The notes below the pieces were generated by a model that had not been told where the DNA came from, ran no database searches, and saw only the letters and a list, made by a program, of their open reading frames with translations. Of a stretch of 64,000 bases of DNA, positions 58,801-64,000 are shown piece after piece. The stretch covers positions 1,216,001 to 1,280,000 of the forward strand of contig CAXXWQ010000004.1 in assembly GCA_963674945.2 (NCBI GenBank). Reading direction: 5' to 3'. The stretch is from an uncultured Desulfosarcina sp. (GTDB lineage: Bacteria > Desulfobacterota > Desulfobacteria > Desulfobacterales > Desulfosarcinaceae). Each line of letters begins with the position of its first letter. Positions within the stretch are counted from its first letter, which is position 1. The position numbers and the translations under genes were made by a program.

Positions 58801-61017
58801 TCAGACACCCAGAGCCGTACCCACCTGGAATATGATCACGGCCAGGAAAAAGGCCAGCATTGTGTTGAATGCCATGGAAAAGAGACCCCATTTCCACGAG
58901 GATTCCTTGACGATACAAATGACGGTGACGAAACAGGGGGAATAGAACATGACGAAAATCATAAGACTCCAGGCGGTAAGTACACGCCAATGGGACTGGG
59001 ATACAAGTTTTTGGGCCAATGGCTCGGCCTGTTCGGCATCCACCGATCCCAGCGAGTATGCCGTCCCCAAAGTTGAGATGATCACCTCCTTGGCGGCAAA
59101 CCCGCCCAAAAGGGAAATGTTGGTGCGCCAATCGAACCCGGCCAAACATGTAATTCGCTCCAACTGAACCCCGATGCGGCCGGCCATCGAGTGACGCAAT
59201 GCGGTTTCGGCCTGTCCGGCGTCGACGGTCCGCAATTGATTTCGCAGCATGGTCGCATCTTCGGAAAGGTCGTCACCGTCCGTCGCCGCTTCGATTTCGG
59301 CGACCACGTGGGAGGAGGCATTGGCAAAAATCTGGCGACGCTGGTTTTCGAATCGATCCAGCTGGGCGTCGGGCAGCCGCGGGAACGTCATGGCGGCCCA
59401 AAGCAATACGGAGATGCCGAGGATCACGGTTCCCGCCTTTTTGATGTACTGCCAGGTTCGCTCCCAGGTGTGGATCATCAGGCCCTTGAATGTGGGCAAC
59501 CGGTAGGGGGGCAGTTCCATGACAAAGGGCGTCGACGCCCCCTTGACCACGGTCAGTCGGAAAAATTTGGCCGCAAGCAGGGCACCGCACCAGGAGATAA
59601 GGGTAAGGATGAACATCATCCGTGCCCGGCTGTCGGGAAAAAAGGCGGCGATAAGCAGTGCAAACACGGGCAGTTTGGCCCCGCAGTTCATGAAAGGCGC
59701 CGTCAGCAAGGTGGCGATTCGCTCCTTTGGCGAGCGCAGGGTCCTGGTGGCCATGACGCCGGGCACGGCACATCCGCCGGCAATGCCGCCCGAAACGATA
59801 TAGGCCATCACCGAAGAACCGTGGAGACCGAAGATCTGAAAAACCCGGTCGAGCATGAAGGCGACCCGGGCCAGATATCCGGAATCCTCCAATATGGCGA
59901 TTCCGAAAAACATGAAAAGGATCAACGGCACAAAGCCGAGCACCCCCCCAACCCCGTCGATCATGCCGGAGACCACCAGGGATTTAAGCAATCCATCCGG
60001 CAAGACGGCCGAAACCATCCGGGAAAGCCACTCGAAAAATCCCTCACACCAGGCCACGGGAATTTCGCTGTACGTGAAAACAAATTGGTAAAGAACCAGG
60101 AGTACCAGCATCATGATGATGGGGCCGGCAAAACGGTTCACCAGGACCTTGTCGATACGGTCGGAGAGGAAAAGACGGTTTCTGTCGTTTTTCTCCCGCA
60201 TGATACCCTGCTTGAGCACGCTGCTGATGAAACCGTATCGCTGGTCGGCAATCATGGCCTCGGGATAGGTCTCCAGGGTCTCTTGAATGTGAGCACCCAC
60301 CTTTTCGACGATGGCCTCCAGCCGATCGGCGATGTCCGGGTCGTTCTCCCTCCCCTTGTTTAGAATCTGTTCGTCGTTTTCAAGGTACTTGATGGCGATC
60401 CACCGGGATGGGTAGGATTGGGTGAGAAAGTTTTTCTCCTGGATCAGCGCCTCCATTTCCGATATGGCGGTCTCCAGATCGCGGCCGTATGATATCCGAA
60501 GCGGCTGTGACGCCGGCATGTTGGCCATCGCATCCACCGCATCCATCAGTGATTTTTTCCCAAACCCGCTGCGGGCAATGATGGGTACCACCGGAACGCC
60601 GAGCAAGCGGGAGAGTTTTTTATGGTCGACTTCGATGCCGCGATTCTTGGCCACATCGATCATGTTCAGCGCCACGCAGGTGGGAATTCCCAACTCCAGA
60701 AACTGGATGGTCAGATAGAGGTTTCGTTCCAGGTTCGAGGCATCCACGATGTTGACGGTAACCCGCGGACACTCGTTTACCAGAAAATCCCTCGCCACCA
60801 CCTCCTCGACGCTGTAAGCGGTGAGAGAATAGGTACCGGGGAGGTCGACGATGTGCATCTCGTGTCCGTTATGCACATATCGCCCTTCTTTGCGATCCAC
60901 CGTGACACCGGGATAGTTGCCCACGTGCTGACGGGAACCGGTGAGGGCATTAAAAAGGGTGGTTTTCCCGGCATTGGGATTACCACCCAGCGCAACGCAG
61001 TACTTTATCTTATCCAT
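58801..61017 (-). CDS. feoB: Ferrous iron transporter B
   Basis: GNPNAGKTT, VGNYPGVTV, DLPGTYSL, NLERNL, LEDSGYLARVAF, PFVMELPPYRLP. Confidence 0.97.
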   Translation of the reverse strand: MDKIKYCVALGGNPNAGKTTLFNALTGSRQHVGNYPGVTVDRKEGRYVHNGHEMHIVDLPGTYSLTAYSVEEVVARDFLVNECPRVTVNIVDASNLERNLYLTIQFLELGIPTCVALNMIDVAKNRGIEVDHKKLSRLLGVPVVPIIARSGFGKKSLMDAVDAMANMPASQPLRISYGRDLETAISEMEALIQEKNFLTQSYPSRWIAIKYLENDEQILNKGRENDPDIADRLEAIVEKVGAHIQETLETYPEAMIADQRYGFISSVLKQGIMREKNDRNRLFLSDRIDKVLVNRFAGPIIMMLVLLVLYQFVFTYSEIPVAWCEGFFEWLSRMVSAVLPDGLLKSLVVSGMIDGVGGVLGFVPLILFMFFGIAILEDSGYLARVAFMLDRVFQIFGLHGSSVMAYIVSGGIAGGCAVPGVMATRTLRSPKERIATLLTAPFMNCGAKLPVFALLIAAFFPDSRARMMFILTLISWCGALLAAKFFRLTVVKGASTPFVMELPPYRLPTFKGLMIHTWERTWQYIKKAGTVILGISVLLWAAMTFPRLPDAQLDRFENQRRQIFANASSHVVAEIEAATDGDDLSEDATMLRNQLRTVDAGQAETALRHSMAGRIGVQLERITCLAGFDWRTNISLLGGFAAKEVIISTLGTAYSLGSVDAEQAEPLAQKLVSQSHWRVLTAWSLMIFVMFYSPCFVTVICIVKESSWKWGLFSMAFNTMLAFFLAVIIFQVGTALGV

Positions 61018-61246
61018 CGACTTCGACTTCGATATGGTCCGCCTCGTTGTTTCGAAGGGTCAGGGTAAATCCTTTGACACGCAGGGCCACCGGATCGTAA
61101 AGGGGTGCACGTCCCTGGATCTTGATGTGGGCGCCCGGCACCAGGCCCATGTCCCGGATGCGACGGCCCAACTCACCGCAAACCCGAATGCTTGCGATGG
61201 TTCCTTCCTGGTTCACACTCATGTTCCGGACATTGACACGTTTCAT
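61010..61246 (-). CDS. feoA: Ferrous iron transport protein A
   Basis: RRIRDMGLVPG..APLYDPV..LRNNEA. Confidence 0.92.
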   Translation of the reverse strand: MKRVNVRNMSVNQEGTIASIRVCGELGRRIRDMGLVPGAHIKIQGRAPLYDPVALRVKGFTLTLRNNEADHIEVEVDG

Positions 61247-61259
61247 CACAACACACTCC

Positions 61260-61279
61260 GAGTAGAATTTCATTATTCG
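61260..61279 (-). promoter_or_regulatory. Possible Fur box upstream of feoA
   Basis: GAATAATGAAATTCTACTC partly matches Fur-type operators; TTGACA on the - strand near 61311-61316. Confidence 0.45.
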
Positions 61280-61431
61280 CAAAAAGTTAGATATGCCAAA
61301 CTTTTATTGGTGTCAATAAAAAAATTGCCGGTGATCTCACTTGGAAATCGGGTGAACAAATCACTCAACCATTTTGAATAACAATATAATTCAACACATT
61401 GCTTCGACCCGACGGGTCAATGGGAGCACCC

Positions 61432-62580
61432 TCATGTATCTTCGGCGCAATGGGAAGGAGCGACCAAGGGATCGGGATCTTTATGCGTGGAAACCCTTTT
61501 GCGCCGGAGCCGTTGAAAAGCACCCGATAGGATCCTTCGTACCGGTGAGATGGAAAGAAACAGAAGAAACAGGGCGCAAACCAGCTCCACAGCATAGGGC
61601 ATGGCCTCGGTGGTCTTTCCCACCACCGCCTGGGCTGAGATTCCGAAGACACCGTAGATCCAGTCCACCGCAAGGCCCAGCCCCATCGCGCAAAGGGCGA
61701 TCGTACTCAGATAAATGGCGGTTGCCCGTTTTCCCAAAATCCCCACGAGAACCGTCAGGGAGGTGATGTTGGTGGCCGGCCCGGTCATCAAAAAGACCAG
61801 GGCGGCACCGGGACTCACGCCCTGGAGAATCAGAGCGGCGGCGATGGGCGTGGAGGCGGTGGCGCAGATGTAGATGGGAATGCCCACTGCCAGCATGATG
61901 GCCATGGCGCCGATTCCACCGCCCATGTATCGACCGAAAAAGGATTCGGGAATCAGTGTGGTAATCAGGCCGGAAAGCCCAATACCAACCAGGAACCATA
62001 CGGCCAGATCCCCCCATACATCGGTGAAGGCGAACCGAACACCGGCTCTCAGCTTCTCAAAAAAACTGTGGTGACGACGATGCACCGACGGATCGCAATT
62101 CTGACCGTCGCAACAGCCGTCCACCGGACAGGAAAGATCCGGAGCAACGGGGTGGCGGGTGGCTTCGGCGTTGCCGAAGAGGTTTTCCGCCACGCCGGCG
62201 GTGAACGCGGTGATGAAGGCGGCAACGGGCCGCACCACGGTCATAATGGGATCCAACAGGGCATAGGTGATGGCGATGGAATCCACGCCCGATTCCGGCG
62301 TTGAAATCAGAAAGGATGTGACGGCGCCGTTGTTGGCACCCTGCCGCTTCAGCGCAGTGGCGGCGGGCAAAACGCCGCAGGAACATAAGGGGATGGGAAT
62401 TCCCAGTATTGATGCCTTGAAGACCGGTAAAAACCGGCCCTTTCCCAGGTGTCGGGATACGGCACCCGGGGTGAGGTAGACACGCAACAGGCCGCTGACC
62501 AGCAATCCGAGCAGGATGTAAAAGGATGCATCCAGCAAAAGATCCCAGGATGCAATCAAAATTTCGGTAATGAGGTTCAT
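61432..62580 (-). CDS. DUF318/SO_0444-family Cu/Zn efflux permease
   Basis: IPLCSCGVLP, FLISTPESGVDS, YICATASTP, GPATN; Cys/His-rich loop. Confidence 0.88.
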   Translation of the reverse strand: MNLITEILIASWDLLLDASFYILLGLLVSGLLRVYLTPGAVSRHLGKGRFLPVFKASILGIPIPLCSCGVLPAATALKRQGANNGAVTSFLISTPESGVDSIAITYALLDPIMTVVRPVAAFITAFTAGVAENLFGNAEATRHPVAPDLSCPVDGCCDGQNCDPSVHRRHHSFFEKLRAGVRFAFTDVWGDLAVWFLVGIGLSGLITTLIPESFFGRYMGGGIGAMAIMLAVGIPIYICATASTPIAAALILQGVSPGAALVFLMTGPATNITSLTVLVGILGKRATAIYLSTIALCAMGLGLAVDWIYGVFGISAQAVVGKTTEAMPYAVELVCALFLLFLSISPVRRILSGAFQRLRRKRVSTHKDPDPLVAPSHCAEDT

Positions 62581-62594
62581 GAAATAAGACTCCT

Positions 62595-62987
62595 TTACGG
62601 CTCCCTCACATGGTCCAGCCCGACCGCGACCAAGCTTTCCACATGATCGTCATCGATTCGGTAGTAGAGAACCTGGCCCTCCCGACGGGGCTTGACCACG
62701 GCGAGTTCACGCATCCGGCGAAGCTGATGGGAAACCGCCGATTCACTCAGGCCCAAAAAGGCCGCGATGTCGCACACGCACATTTCTCCACCCCGCAGGG
62801 CAATGATGATCTTCAGCCGCGTGGGATCCCCCATGATCTTGTAGATCCGGGTGAGTCGTACCAAATCATCGTCATCGATGGCCTCGGCTCTGGCCCGTAC
62901 GACCCTGTCCAGGTGGACCATGCGCACATCACAGGTCTCCGAATCACAAAATGCCGTTTGTCTGCTTTTTTCCACATCGGTCTCCAC
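62595..62987 (-). CDS. ArsR/SmtB-family metal-responsive repressor (CadC/SmtB-like)
   Basis: MGDPTRLKII, EMCVCDIA, SAVSHQLR, DDDHV..H alpha5 site. Confidence 0.92.
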   Translation of the reverse strand: METDVEKSRQTAFCDSETCDVRMVHLDRVVRARAEAIDDDDLVRLTRIYKIMGDPTRLKIIIALRGGEMCVCDIAAFLGLSESAVSHQLRRMRELAVVKPRREGQVLYYRIDDDHVESLVAVGLDHVREP

Positions 62988-62995
62988 GAAGATTA

Positions 62996-63019
62996 ATATA
63001 TGAATATGTGTTCAAATAT
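62996..63019. promoter_or_regulatory. SmtB/CadC-type operator overlapping the promoter
   Basis: ATATATGAA-TATGTG-TTCAAATAT inverted repeat (8/9); overlaps the -10 of TTGACA-N16-TATATT on the - strand. Confidence 0.75.
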
Positions 63020-63061
63020 AGTTTTTTAAGTCTCTTTGTCAAGTTGGGTGCAACGGCAAAA

Positions 63062-63202
63062 CAAATTCCTAATCTCAAGCACCAAAAAAAAACGGTTCAT
63101 GAACCTAAATATGAAACTTCCATTTTCCGGTTGGGTCGTTTGGGATTTGAAAAATTGATTATTATGATTTGTTTGTGATTTGGATTTTATTTTTTGGGAT
63201 TT
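63062..63202. repeat. AT-rich inverted heptamer-periodic tracts
   Basis: AAATTCC TAATCTC AAGCACC AAA on the left; TTTGGGA..TGTGATT TGGATTT..TGGGATT on the right. Confidence 0.5.
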
Positions 63203-63866
63203 AGTCTTGTGTGGGGTTGGTCAGAAAGGTATTCCGCAAGCGATCAAGGTCTTCGGCAGAAAGAAAGGTAACGGGTTTGCCGGTGCTCAAGGCGCGGTAG
63301 TAGGCCTTGGCCGTCTTTTCCAGCAACTCGGCGTTTTTCCATGCGATTGTCAGATCTTTTCCCAGGCTCAAGGCACCATGATTTTGCAATATATAACAAT
63401 AACAACCATTTGATAAGGACTTCTTCACGTTTTCGACAAGCTGGTCGCTGCCGGAGAGGGCATAGGGGACGACATCTACGGATTCTCCGACGGATAAGAC
63501 CACTTCATCAAACAGGGAAGGAATCTTCTGGTTGATCAGGGAAAAGACGCTGGCATAGGGCTGATGGGTATGGACCACGGCCCCCACGTCGCTCCGGCTT
63601 TCGTAGACGCCGATGTGCATAGCGGTCTCCATGGAGGGCGCAAGTTTTCCATCGATTTGATTCTGTTTGAAATCCACCACACAGATGTCTGCCGGAGAAA
63701 GTTCCATATAGGGTTGCCCCGAAGGGGTGATCACCAAAAGCGGCTGTCCCGGAACGCGAACGGAGACGTTTCCCACCGCACTGAATTGCGATCCGAAATA
63801 GCCTTGCTCCCACAGCCACCTGCAGCATGCGATCACTTCTTTACGGAAGGTAAGGTATTTTTCCAT
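63201..63866 (-). CDS. Class II aldolase/adducin family protein (FucA-like)
   Basis: GNVSVR, ITPSG, PSMET.MH, VVHTH, ILQNHG. Confidence 0.9.
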   Translation of the reverse strand: MEKYLTFRKEVIACCRWLWEQGYFGSQFSAVGNVSVRVPGQPLLVITPSGQPYMELSPADICVVDFKQNQIDGKLAPSMETAMHIGVYESRSDVGAVVHTHQPYASVFSLINQKIPSLFDEVVLSVGESVDVVPYALSGSDQLVENVKKSLSNGCYCYILQNHGALSLGKDLTIAWKNAELLEKTAKAYYRALSTGKPVTFLSAEDLDRLRNTFLTNPTQD

Positions 63867-64000
63867 GGAAATGAAATGTAAGAGGACCGATTATTTCAGC
63901 CCTGGTTCATCCCTCGTCTTTTTATTTTTTTGCGGCAACCGGATTCGAACTGGTGACTCACCTTCTGGCCATCGGCAAACAAGGGCCGGCAGGAGATTTC

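Noticed and set aside
63930..63965. T-arm-like ACCAGTTCGAATCCGGT on the - strand
   Set aside because: Stem has a mismatch; no anticodon arm, acceptor stem or CCA can be built; window edge limits context

Overview
A mostly housekeeping chromosomal window from a GC-rich anaerobe. Gene content and order (mfd-surA-surA-rodZ-mgtE-recO-glyQS, fhs, a Desulfovibrio-type Adh with a sigma-54 regulator, a HesB selenoprotein) suggest a Desulfobacterales/Desulfosarcina-like sulfate reducer; this is an inference. It has about 55 CDS, one tRNA-Thr(CGT), one intact-looking IS1380-family element, a decayed 3.5 kb island and several families of short dispersed repeats. There is no CRISPR array or rRNA. Most interesting observations: (1) an ECF sigma/zinc anti-sigma module whose small secreted neighbour copies the anti-sigma's periplasmic hexad-repeat tail, with a shared TG[AC]AAC-N16-GGTTTA promoter in front of the sigma gene and a large lipoprotein; (2) a degenerate copy of the tRNA-Thr 5' half that brackets pseudogene cargo; (3) a HesB-like selenoprotein split by an in-frame UGA with a SECIS-like hairpin; (4) IS1380 inserted at the apex of a palindrome formed by repeat ends, inside the feo operon; (5) dispersed repeats that supply C-termini and stop codons to host genes; (6) an Adh / ErcA-like / kinase / sigma-54 alcohol-sensing module; (7) an orphan CheX-CheX-FliN fusion and an orphan cheD. 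Family assignments come from motif recognition only; no searches were run.
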